Assembly: GCF_009834535.1 (NCBI RefSeq)
Contig: NC_045697.1
Location: 81,842,001 to 81,906,000 of the forward strand
Length of the DNA stretch: 64,000 bases
From: Camelus ferus
Lineage: Eukaryota
Direction: 5' to 3'
The notes beneath the pieces were generated by a model, which saw only the letters and a list, made by a program, of their open reading frames with translations, searched no databases and was not told the origin of the DNA. The position numbers and the translations under genes were made by a program. Position 1 is the first letter of the stretch; each line of letters starts with the position of its first letter. Below, in pieces: positions 24,811-36,759 of the stretch.

Positions 24811-25532
24811 TTTTTTTTTTTAATTGAAGTATACTCAGTTTACAATGTGTCAATTTCTGGTGTACAGCAAAATGTTTCAGCCATACATATATACATATAT
24901 TTGTTTTAATAATTTTTTCATTATAGGTTACTACAATATATTGAATATAATTTCCTTTGCTATACAGGCAAAACTTAATTTATCTATTTTATATAAACTA
25001 GCTAATATATACAAATCTTGAACTCCCAATTTATCTCTTCCTATCCCCACATTACACATTGGTAACCATAAGATTGTTTCCTATATCTGTGACTCTGTTT
25101 CTGTTTTGTAGGTAAATTCCTTAGTGTCTTCTTTTTTCCTTTTTTTAGATTCCACTAAAGTGATATCATATGATATTTTTCTTTCTCTTTCTGGCTTATA
25201 TCACTCAGAATGATCGTCTCCAGGTCCATCCATGTTGCTGAATGTGGCATTATCTTATTCTCTTTAATAGCTGAGTAGTATTCTGTTGTATAAATCTACC
25301 ACAACTTCTTTATCCAGTCATCTGTTGATGGACATTTAGGTTGTTTCCATGTTATGGCTATTGTAAATAGTACTGCTGTGAACACTGAGGTGCTTGTATC
25401 TTTTTGAATTAGAGCTCCCTCTGGATATATGCCCAGGAGTGGGATTGCTGGATCATAGGGTAAGTCTATTTTTAGTTTTTTGTGGAATCTCCATACTGTT
25501 TTCCATAATGGCTGCACCAAACTACATTCCCA
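24811..25532 (-). mobile_element. Lineage-specific L1, 5'-truncated
   Basis: Poly(T) followed by 'aattgaagtatactcagtttacaatg'; ORF2 C-terminus VQPLWKTVWRF...PYDPAIPLLGIYP...WKQPKCPS. Confidence 0.92.
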
Positions 25533-25734
25533 GCTTTGTCAATAGTATCCTTCAGTGAATGGAAGTCTTCTTTGTAGTCTTCATTTAAAAAAAAAAAATA
25601 ATATGCTTGCGCTTTTGAGTTTTTGAGTTATCTACAAAAAATTTTATAATTTTCTATTTCCTTATCTTGCCTCATTATACTCCTAGAACACATGATATTA
25701 ATACATGATATTAAATTTATATTAATTTTCTTAT

Positions 25735-25860
25735 TTGTATTCTCAGTCTTTTTCTCTGTTGTAATTTAAGCTTCATGAGGGTGGAGACCTTATTTTGTTC
25801 TCCACTATATCTCTTGTCATTTAATATAAATTCAGTATGTTTTAAATAAATTAATGAGTA
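25735..25860 (+). mobile_element. L2 3' fragment
   Basis: 'taagcttcatgagggtggagaccttattttgttctccactatatc'. Confidence 0.55.
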
Positions 25861-26600
25861 AATCTTCAGTTGCTAGGAAATATACACTTGTGAAGATTTG
25901 ATCATACAGATACCTTGAAAGAAAATAAATGAATACCAGTCTACATTTTGAGTTCAAACTTAGAAGAGAAAACACAGTAAAGAATAAAATAATAATTAGA
26001 ATCCTAACATTTAAGCATTGGTTGTTGTGACTATCATTACTACTCTTCAAAACCAAAGGGCATACTTAAAAAGAAAATTTTAAAAGTACAAAAATACTTA
26101 GTATGTATTCCATTTAAATATTTTAGTAAGTACGAAGCATCTCAAACCTAGATGAGTTAATCAGTTGTATAGAAAGTTGTTTGCTTGAATCACATGTTAA
26201 AAATATATGCAAACAATGATTTAGCCTATAAATATGATTACTTAAATAACAAAAACTTGTAAGACTTTTACATCAAAGTGTAACACAAAGTATTTATCAA
26301 AAATAATATCAAAGGGGTAAAAATATTAGAGCAAGTATTCTCTAAGAAAATTGAGCTTTAATGTATTCATAATTTCTCTTTATCCATGTTACATATACAT
26401 GTTTTTTGCTTTTGTTTTTATCACTAGCTTGGGGTTTCATATTTGGAGAAGGATAAGGATCATCTTGTGTTTTCATTATAGCATGTTATCTTAAATTTTG
26501 AAAGTTAGTGATGGTCCAAAATGATTTTCAAAAACTGATTGGAAGATTCTACTACAAATCACAACCAGGGACTGGGGTTTTCTCTTGCTCTTCCCTTTCC

Positions 26601-26638
26601 AAAACAAAACAAAACAAAACAAAACAAAACAAACAAAA
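26601..26638. repeat. (AAAAC)n microsatellite
   Basis: About 7 direct units. Confidence 0.9.
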
Positions 26639-28686
26639 TGATAAAGTGTACCTGCTTACAAAATCATTAAACCCTGACTATATGCTTTACACACATGAAT
26701 TTGTCCAGAAAAGCACAGTAGTGTTTTTTAGAATAAAATGAAATTTAGAGACAATTTAAATCACTTGTTCTTTTTAATGATGAAGTATACTTTATCTGCA
26801 AATTCTTATCCCATTCATGTCTTCTCACATTAACCACAGTTAACTGCTTAACAGTTTATTTGTTTAAACTTAGCATCCCTTTAAAAAGAAATTCTCAGTT
26901 TTGTGATAAAAACATACTAACAAGGCATCTCTTTTATTCAGAGATATTTTTGGAGACAAGATTGTTCTATTCACCTTTAGAAATCTCTGTTAGTAAAACT
27001 ATATTATACTCCAGGAAAAATAAATGAATTTAATAAAAATTACATCAGATGATTTAAGAGTTGTGGAGTTAACAAACTGAATTGGAATCTCAACAGTGGT
27101 TACTTACACAATATGTGTTTATTTTAATTACTGATAGGTCCTTTGAGATTAACACTTAAATAAAGGGAGAAATGTTTCCTTATGTTGTGTGCCAGGAAGA
27201 CTCATGAATAACACATACACATTTGCCCGCCTAGTACCTGCATTTTAATCAGTCACCTTCTGTCATGTAGTAATGCATTTATACATCTGTTATATGATTT
27301 AATTATTAGTTGCACTCCAGTGAGTAATACGCATATAAAATTATAATATCTGTAATGCAAAAATTGAAAATTCAAAGAAAGATTTTTTCTTTTGTAAATG
27401 TATGTCATATTGCTCTTAAAATCTTGAGTTTAAATATAAGAATTAAGTAGTTTTTTTTTTTTTTTTACCTACTCCATTCATATAAAATTCATTGTGGGCC
27501 ACTCATGTTAGAGATTTAGACCCAGATATTAAACTGAGATCACACACCTTCTAATTAAATAATATTAAAAATGCAATCATTCCACTTGAATTAAAAGTTA
27601 TATATTTATAGAAATATTACTTTGTATATTAGGGGATACTTATCTTTGGATTCTGTAAGCTTGCTTAAAGATACTTATCAAAAAAATTAACAGTTTTTAT
27701 TATTTTGAAATTATCTTCATTACAAAGCAAAAATTTATATTTGTAAAAATGTAAACAAGGGAACAGGAAAAAAAAACAGAGTTAAAAGTCTTCCTAGCCC
27801 CAACCCTACTTAACTTGGAAGGAAATTGTCCTGTCCCTTTTCTTTCAAAAAATACCTTCAAAATTTTAACAATTTGCAGCTCTGTCTCTCTATCATCCAT
27901 TAGTCTGAATACATTTGGAATGATTCTAGAATACATTATATTAGGAATTACATGTTCGTGAAGCTTAAGTAGAAGTAAACCATGAAAGATGCCTGAATCT
28001 CATGGCTTTGTTTTTTTTTTTTTTTTTTTTTTTCGTTTATTTGTGAACTTTACTTTCTTCATGCATAATCACTTTACTAAAGTTTTATTAACCATTCCTT
28101 AGTTTATTTTTCCATAAAAAAGTATTATTTTTTCTAACATCAGGTTTGCCAATTAAAAAATGTCTACAGATGGTAGAGTGGTAATATAATCTAGTAAAGT
28201 GGCCTGGATTTATCGATTCCTGTGTTCCTATAATCTACCACATTCTTGCTCATTTTTCTCATAACACACAAAATTCTATGCAGAAATTTTATTTTTAGAG
28301 TTTTATAATGATATAGAAATGAATGATTTCTCACTTTAGTCTTTTTTAAAGTCTAAAAAATAATGCAAAAAAAACCAGTTTCTACATTTTCTCTTGACCA
28401 CAATGTTGAGTGCAAATTGGGAAATGGCAGTACTACGGCAAACAAGTAACTACATGTTCCATCCAAAATATGCAGCTACTATTTAGCTTCATGGAAAAAT
28501 GCAGTCCCCATACTATTGGGGTTTCAATTTTTTTTTAAGATATACTGAATATTCTTATTTTGATTTGGAATCTATTGTGATTTTGGAAGTAAATTATAAT
28601 TTATTTAAAGCACTGTGTTATCTAACAGGTACAAAATTTGATAGTGAGTTTTGCTCTCAGTTTTAAAGTTTATAGTATGATAATTC

Positions 28687-29428
28687 TTTTTTTAATTGAA
28701 GTATAGTTGGTTTACAATGTTATGTTATATTCTGATGTACAGCATAGTGATTCTGTCATATATACATGTATATACATATTCCTTTTCATATTTTTTTCAT
28801 TATAAGCTATTATAAGGTATTGAATATAGTTCTCTGCACTGTAGAGTAGAACTTTGTTATTTATTTATTTTATATATCTGCAAATTCCAAACTCCCAATT
28901 TATCTCTCCACCCACCCCTTTTCCCCCTGGTAATCATAAGTTTGTTTTCTATGTTTGTGAGTCTGCTTCTATTTCGTAAATAAGTTCATTTGGGTCATGT
29001 TTTTTAGATTCCACATATAAATGATATCATATGGTATTCTTCTTTTTCTTTCTGGCTTACCTTACTTAGTATGACAGCCTCCAAGTCCATCCATGTTGCT
29101 GCAAATGGCATTATTTACTCTTTTTTGTGGCTAAGTAGTTTTCCATTATATATATGTATATACCACAGCTGCTTTTTTTTTTCAGCTTTTATTTTTTTGA
29201 TTTTTTTCTGCTTGTATCATATATTTTATTTGTAGAATCCTGCAATTTTCCTTTCCTTTTTTTTGTTGTTGAATTTTAGTCAGCTTAGAATGTTGTGTCA
29301 GTTTTACCTCAACTTCTTTTTCTAATCATCTGTCAGTGGACATTTAGGTTGCCTATTCTAAAGAGTGCTTCTATGAGTACATGTAAATAGTGCATGTATA
29401 TTTTCAAATTAGAGCTTCCTCCAGATAT
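28687..29428 (-). mobile_element. Lineage-specific L1 3' end containing a nested insertion
   Basis: Poly(T) followed by 'aattgaagtatagttggtttacaatg'; 'tagattccacatataaatgatatcatatgg'; interrupted at about 29173-29304. Confidence 0.9.
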
Positions 29429-29774
29429 TTAATTTTTTAAGAGAATTAAGCCTTTATTTCCTTGTTTCACAAATAAAGATGGCTGTGTTGTATAATAATA
29501 TTGTAATAGTAATGTCAATATATTTTTTAACTCCAGTTGTGTGTATCAGTATAAAACTTATATTATTCCTAGTATAGTTTAGTCTTTTTAATTCTACTGA
29601 ATTTATTTTAATTTTTAAGTTGGTCAGAATTACCAAAATATCTCAGTTAATATTGATCTTTTATTTCTGTGTATTAAATCTTATTTTCCATATATATCCC
29701 TTTTTAATATAAAATTAACTTATTTTAGAATGTACTTTGTGTTCACAGTTATCTTTATTAATATTTTAAAAAAT

Positions 29775-31335
29775 ATATGATGTACTTCTATTTTCAACTG
29801 TGATGCAGTGATTGGTAGAAACTGATACTCTTGCAGATAATAACTAAAAATGTTGGTAATAATATAACTAAAATAAAATACTTCTTTGAGTCATTGGAGA
29901 ACTTTTGAGGAAGTCATAATTTAATGAGACCAAAATATCTTAGAAAACCAATGCACATGGAGTGTATATGCTGATTTTAGTTTGACTCCATGTGCCAAGC
30001 TGCAGGGGAAAAAAGCTATAGAGTCAGAGTTGCCAATGAGAGGTGATAATCCAACTGAGCTTTCAGTGATAATGTGAACCAGAGCAGGGGAAAAAAAAAA
30101 GGGGTGGGGGGATCTTAGACTTGCCAAAGTAGCAGGCTTGATTGACCTAGATCTTAGATTTTAGGGATATGGGAAGCACAGAAAGATGTGGAGAACATAC
30201 CAGTCTGAGTTTTTTCTCTCAAAGATGTTTAAGTCTAGACATTAAAAACATGAAAAGAGGTCAGATTTCTGCTTCTATGAAGACAAAGTAGACATAATTT
30301 TCCCACTTCTTCAGCAATGAACAATCCTGGAAATTATACATTAACACAAACTTGCAATGTCTCTGGAAGTTGGACAGACCAGCTAAAGGACCTAGGACCC
30401 AAGCAATAACATAGAGATAAATTTCCTGAATTGGATATTTTCCTCATATACCCTAGACTTGGAGTGGAAGAAGTGCAGCAGCCTAGAAATGCCAAAAGAG
30501 GCAGATAAAAATGACCAAACGAGAGCCTCCTTTCTCTAGTCAAAAGACAAGAAATACAAAAAACTAGCAAGACAGAAAGATTGCAGAAAAATAAATGCAA
30601 AATACCACAAAGAATTCTAGCCTCATACTCAGCCATGCCAACAAAGGCCAATTGAGAAACCTAGAACTAGTTATCCTACACTGCCCAGATGTCAAAAAAA
30701 GCTGAGTAGGGAGCTAGGGACTTCTATCCGCAGCAGGCAGTGACATAATGAGGACCTGATGGCTTTCTCAAATATGTTAATTTAGGTCAAATGGATATTC
30801 ACGAGATAAAAAATGAATCTTGCACCCACCACTGACACAGTATCAATTCTAAAACAATCATAAGGGGAGGAGGGTATAGCTCAAGTGGTAGAGTGCATGC
30901 TTAGCATACACAGGGTCCTGGGACCTCCTCTAGAAACAAACAAACAAGTAAATAACCTAATTACCTCCCCCATAAATAAATAAGTAAATAAATAAATAAG
31001 CAAAAATACCTAAATGTGATGGTAAAAACAGCACCTTTTGAAAAATAATCATAGGTCAATATCTTTAGTTACTTTGAGTAGTGAACAATATATTAAATAG
31101 GACATTAAGTGTACTAACCATAAAAGAAACATTGATAAATTGAGCTACATTAATATCAAGAACTTATGTCTTCAAAAAATACCATTAAGAGAGTGATTTG
31201 GCAAACCACAGAATGAAAGAAGCTACTTGCAATACGTAAGGTTGATAATATATTCTGTGCAGAATATATAAAGAACCTAAAATAAATCAATAAGGGAAAG
31301 AGCAACAACACAGTAGAAAATGAGGAGAAATAGTC
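29775..31335 (+). mobile_element. Old L1M 5' UTR fragments followed by an ORF2 fragment
   Basis: 'ttctgcttctatgaagacaaagtagac' is 5'-end-like; ORF2-like 'ataaaagaaacattgataaattgagctacattaa...tcttcaaaaaataccattaagagagtg'. Confidence 0.65.
30864..31000 (+). mobile_element. tRNA-derived SINE, camelid Vic-1-like
   Basis: 'ggggaggagggtatagctcaagtggtagagtgcatgcttagcat' with A box, 'acctaattacctccccc', (TAAA)n tail. Confidence 0.85.
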
Positions 31336-31344
31336 CATATAATG

Positions 31345-31699
31345 TATCATCAAAGCTGTTGCTGTAGGCAATCAAGGCTCAATTATCTGGGACCTCTAAG
31401 AATTTTATGAGAAGTTTCCCAGAAAGTACCCTGACAGATTGGAAGCTGAATTGTATTTCATTCTTCTTTCAGTTAGGGAGGTAGGATTAACTGCCCCACA
31501 TTTTTGGGTTGCCCTTGTATGCAGAGAGAAATAGTTCTCTTGATGATAGAGAATTCTTTGAGGCAGCATGTGGAAAAATGCTTGGCATTGCTTAAGACAT
31601 TGTCAGTGAAAGGAGAGTTGGACCTGTCTGTAACAGCTGCATCCCAAATCAAAGATGGAGGAATGTGATATCACGAGGGCACAGAAAAAGTCTGCTGCA
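31345..31699 (-). mobile_element. Old ERVL-type LTR (LTR33/40/41-like)
   Basis: Ends 'gggcacagaaaaagtctgctgca' (minus strand tgcagcagac); GC-richer than its flanks. Confidence 0.45.
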
Positions 31700-34069
31700 T
31701 CATCAGTTAGGTGCATTGCTAAAAAACAAATGAACTAAGGAGTAGAGGAAGGAACGATTTAAAAGATTACCCTGCACTTGTCTATGAAAATGGACAACTT
31801 CTATGTTTTCTGCTTTTTGGGATAGTGTAGCCATTATTTCATTATTCATGCAATGTGGCATGGTGCCTATATTAAGTCACTATTTCTATTTACCTGAATT
31901 TTATCGTGCATTATATTTATTACTACAGTTAGCATAGCTACATAAAAATTTCAAAGTAAAATTTTGATCTCAAAAGAAAATGAATATTTTGAAAAATAAT
32001 ATAAACTGGTATTTATTATTTGTCTAATTATGGATATATATTCAAGATATCACATAGTTCTTTTTTAACATTCCATTTTGGCTATGAAAGTGTTTAAAAT
32101 ATAAGACAAAATTAATGTGGAAAAAGCAATCAGTTTAACTTTTGCATTTCTTTTTACCCCAAATATAATTTTAAAATATTATACACCATGTATGTATAGG
32201 AAGTAGAATTACAGAAAAAAATGATTTCCTAAATTCAATATATTTAGGAGATATCATTAAATTCAATTTTAGTTTCTTATGTGAATATTTTCCTCATACT
32301 TTGTTCTCTAAATGATATATTTATTAATTTCTTTTTTTCCGAATAATAACACTTGTTATAGCACCAGATGGGTATCATGGCATTTAATAAGTAAGAATTG
32401 ATGCTTGAGTTTATTTTATAGCAATGACTTGAACATCATTGGAATTGAACTCATCATAAAATACTTGTATTAAAGAAACAGCCGTGACATATTAGTGGTA
32501 AAAAAAAAATACAATTTTTAGAAAATAAAGTTTAGTAAAATATTATTTTTATGTTAGAGAAACTCTGAAAATAACTTCATAAAAGAAGAAGTAATGCTAA
32601 AATGATAGATTCAATCTAACATTTGGATACATGTATGATACAAATACTTACATTGATACTTTCTGTTATGCAAAATCATTGGTTATCTGGACAAGATTTT
32701 TTTTTCCGAAGATGAAGTGATATTTACAGATGGATATACTCTTTTTGTTTATTCCAAAGCCTTTAAAATCTAAAATTTTCTTTTAAAATGTTAAGTATAA
32801 TAAATTCCTATTTTATATATGTCATTATCATAGTACTCAGTTCTGCATCTGTACACAAATGTGTACTCTAGGGTCTGTGGCAAGCACTTCCCAGTACACT
32901 TACATGTATTTTCCCTATAAGGCTAGAATTATATAAGCAGGGAATTTATTTTACACATCATACTACTGAAATTTATATCTTAGCATTGATTACACATAAC
33001 CACAGCTAATTGGTTAAGTGCTGTGTACCAGCTATTTAACAATTATTGTTTTGAATTTGTTTCAGTGATTCTTCAGTGTTAATAAACTCAAAACAGAAAG
33101 CAATTATGACTGAAATAATATACCAAATAGGACATATAGATGTAAGTTTTTATTTCTAAAACTTAGTAGACAAAGAAATTCTGACTACAACAGTAATTTG
33201 AGAAGACTAAATTATTTTGAAACTTTATCAAAGTCTCAACTATAAATAAATTTTTTTCAGTGATGAAAAGTCCTCAATAACGTTGATTGATCCACATTTT
33301 TAAGGGCAAAAACAGCCATATTTCAACAGAGAGTTTAGACGTTGATAAATTTATCACAAGGAAGCCTTTCTGGTATTCAACTCATACAACAGTGAAATGT
33401 TGCCTTTGTGAGAATTTACAACCATAATATGAGATTCATAGCTCATCCTTTTATTTATTGTAGATGTCTCCTGAATACTAACAAAGTTATAAATGGTGAA
33501 TTAAATCACAAAAATGTAGTTTCAATTCAATCTAAGTCTTCCCTTAAAGTAAAAAACAAACAAAAAATGCTTGGAAAATGATTATCAGTAACATAATTTG
33601 ATTGTATAGCTTAATAATTTTATAGAAGTGAATATATATAAGGTTAAGTTACTTAACTCCATGAATCAGTTAGGATCATTGGGAAAAAGTTCTTGAGAAA
33701 CTTGAGGTGTATATTTGAAATAAGAAATCTATGTGACTGTTTTTAGTGTGTGGAGCAAAGTATAGCTTTACAAAGTTTTTTGCTTTGATTATAATGTGAA
33801 TCAATATGGAAATAGGTGTTGAAACATAATCTTAGGGAAAATAAATTTTATCTGTCTATGAAACTTAGATAATATGATATTGGGAAGGTCACCCTTCCTT
33901 ATCAGATTAACTTGTGCCTTTTAAACAAGATTCAAACAATTTAGAATTTATACTGATTTTCTAAAATTATTTTTAAACTTCATCAAAAGTACTTAAAATA
34001 ACTTTGATTTGATGCTACTACCTAAAAATCACATGTAATTAATTTAGCAATACTAAGGTCTACACCAGG

Positions 34070-35200
34070 AAATAGCTAAAAATATGTCTCAAGAAATATT
34101 TTACAGAAAAAAATTATGTAAATCAACTAATTTTCTAATTTAAGATAAAAAATATTCATTGTAATCTGGCTACACTGAGACAATATTCTTTGTAATACAA
34201 ATGCACAAAAGACAGAAAGCCACCTAGAATGGGAAAATGAAGTGTCTATAATTAAAATGAGAATATATTGTAATTAGATAACATGTTCTTACATATTTTA
34301 GTCATTTCATACACACATATTTTTGAAATGTCTACAATTTATGAATTGACAATAAATTCTACAATGTAAAATTTTAAATGGCACAAAAAATTGTTAAAGT
34401 GAAATGCTCTCTTAGCCACTATACACCCCAAGTACCAGATTATCCTCCACAAATCTATTGTCATAAAAACAGAATCCAGAAATAATAATATAAAAATATA
34501 TAACTTACGCTTTATAAAATGTCCACATACACAGAAATATGAAACTTGGGGAAGCAGAGGGGTGTTGTATTTTTCAGGGAAGGATGTAGGTATTAATGAA
34601 TTTGGAAAGTTAATAGGAAACAACAAATATAAATATGGATCTTAAAATCTAACATAAGAAAAAACATAATATATATGATAAATAATAAAATTTAAATATT
34701 TTAAAGAAATTTTAATATATCAGATGGAAGATAAGAAGCAAGGAACAAAGGAAGAAAATTGTGTAGAAAATACCAAATATGGTGATTGACATAAGTCCTT
34801 AATTGATTCCAATTATAATAAATATTGATGGGATAAAACTCACTAACTAAAGGAAGGAAAATCACAGACTGATGATACAAGGAGTTGCTACAGCAATGAA
34901 GAATCATCTAAATCTAAAGGTTATAGCAAGTTCCAATATGAAGAAATGGATGGTGTGTAAAAGGTACACATGACCTAAAAGAAAACTAAGTTACTGATTT
35001 TAATATCAGAAAATAAGAAAACTAAATGGTAGGAAAACATATCTCTGTAGTGCAAATGGTTGGGGAGATACTATGTATTATAAAATAATAGCTCATATAA
35101 TATTGCATTAAAAATAAATATAAATGTGGCAATACGGTCTTAAAATATTTAAGGCAAGACTTTTATATTAGGGAAAAAAAAGACAATTACAGGCATAAGA
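34070..35200 (+). mobile_element. Very old L1ME fragment (inter-ORF region and ORF2 start)
   Basis: 'ttccaattataataaatattgatgggataaaactcac', 'ttttaatatcagaaaa'. Confidence 0.5.
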
Positions 35201-35299
35201 CTTAGTTTCATCTCTTGAATAGATAGCTACATTTTCCCATCATTTCTCTAAGCAGGATCTCCATGTTTGTATACAGTTCTGCTCCTTCTTGTGTAATCA

Positions 35300-36210
35300 A
35301 ATCATTAAACCAACAATTACCCTCTTTTTCTTTTCCATCATCAAGCTGTTGTTTTTTGTTTTGGGGTTTTTGTTTCTTTCTTTCTTTCTTTTTCATATCT
35401 GCCTGAGCATTCCTATCAGCATTTAAAATTTTTTTTCCTCATAATCTTGAAATGCTCTTGAAACTGTTTCCTCATTGTATACTACTCTATTTCTTTGTTC
35501 CTTATGCAACAAAATTTCTAACTCACCATTTTGATGTACATTGTCACCAATTCCTTACCACCCACTTTTTCTGAAGTCCACTCTAATCAGGCTCTTCTTT
35601 CAAGTAATTAACAGAAACTCTAAAGTTAAGGTAATACTTGACTTCTGTGTTGCCTAATTTAGTGGCAAAATTTCAGTCCTTACATACTTCTAAAAATTAA
35701 CAAGGCATTTCACTCCCCTTTTTTATATCTTATCTTTGCTTGTAAGATACTACAATATTTTCTTGTTTTCTTTTTGCCTCAGGCTCTAATCCTTTACAAT
35801 CTTCTTTGCTGGTTTCTCCTCTTCTTCCCAACATAAGGATTAAATCTTTGCTACTATTCTCTATATATACATTTATTTGCTTGATGTTGCTATTTAGTCT
35901 CATGACTTTAAATACTGTTTATATGCTCATGTTACTGTAATTATTCCAAGCTCTAACTTTTCCTTTAGTTTCCTTTAGTGCTTCTTTGATTTTTGTTGCT
36001 CCAACTGAATGCCTAGTAGATATCTGGGGAAAAATGCCCAAAAACTCTGATTATGAGTCTCCTAAAATAACAAAAGCAAAATGAAAAAAAAATTGTCCAT
36101 GTTTAGCTACACATCTCTGTAAAAAATGCATCAAGTTTTCTTATATATCCCATATTGAATTCATCAACAAATTCTGTTGACTTTACCTTCATAATATATT
36201 AGAATCACAC
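35300..36210 (+). mobile_element. L2 LINE fragment
   Basis: 'ccactctaatcaggc', 'gtctcatgactttaaatactgtttatatgct', 'caaattctgttgactttaccttcataatata'. Confidence 0.65.
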
Positions 36211-36219
36211 CAATCAAAC

Positions 36220-36460
36220 ATGTAGTCATGAAAGCTACAATATCAGAGATGAAAAATACACAGGTTGGAATTAACAGTAGATTAGAAAATTTAGAAGAAA
36301 AGTTGAGTTAACTTGAAGACATAGTAATATAAACTATCCAGAATAAAACACACAGTGAAAAATGAATATTAAAAAAGTATATTAGTGAGTTTTGGTAGAA
36401 ATTCCAAACACCTAATATGCATGTAATTGGAGTCTCTGAAAGAGAGAAGAGGGAGAGAGG
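36220..36460 (+). mobile_element. L1M ORF1 fragment
   Basis: 'ttaacagtagattaga...gaagaaaag...aacttgaagacatag', 'cctaatatgcatgtaattggagtctctgaa'. Confidence 0.75.
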
Positions 36461-36467
36461 TGCAGCA

Positions 36468-36750
36468 GTGTGGTGATTAACTTTATATGTCAACTGGAAG
36501 AATAATTTTGAATGAGATTAACATTTAAATGAGTAGTCTATTAGTAAGCAGATTGCCTTCTATAATATGGATGAATTCATCTAGTCAATCAGTTGAAGGC
36601 TTGTAGAATGAAAAGGTATGCCTCCCTGAGCAGTAGGGAATCCTTCAACAGACTGATTTTGGTTTCATTTGCACCATCAGCTATCTTGGGTCTCTGCCTG
36701 CCAGGCATCATACTGAAACTGCACCACTGACTCTCCTAGGTCTCTAATGG
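36468..36750 (+). mobile_element. MLT2 LTR (ERVL), 3'-truncated
   Basis: 'tgtggtgattaactttatatgtcaactgg', 'gagattaacatttaaat', 'aagcagattgccttctataat', 'caatcagttgaaggc'. Confidence 0.85.
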
Positions 36751-36759
36751 GTCTAGTAA

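Noticed and set aside
30870..30925. tRNA gene
   Set aside because: It has no B box or T arm and is followed by a SINE body and TAAA tail.
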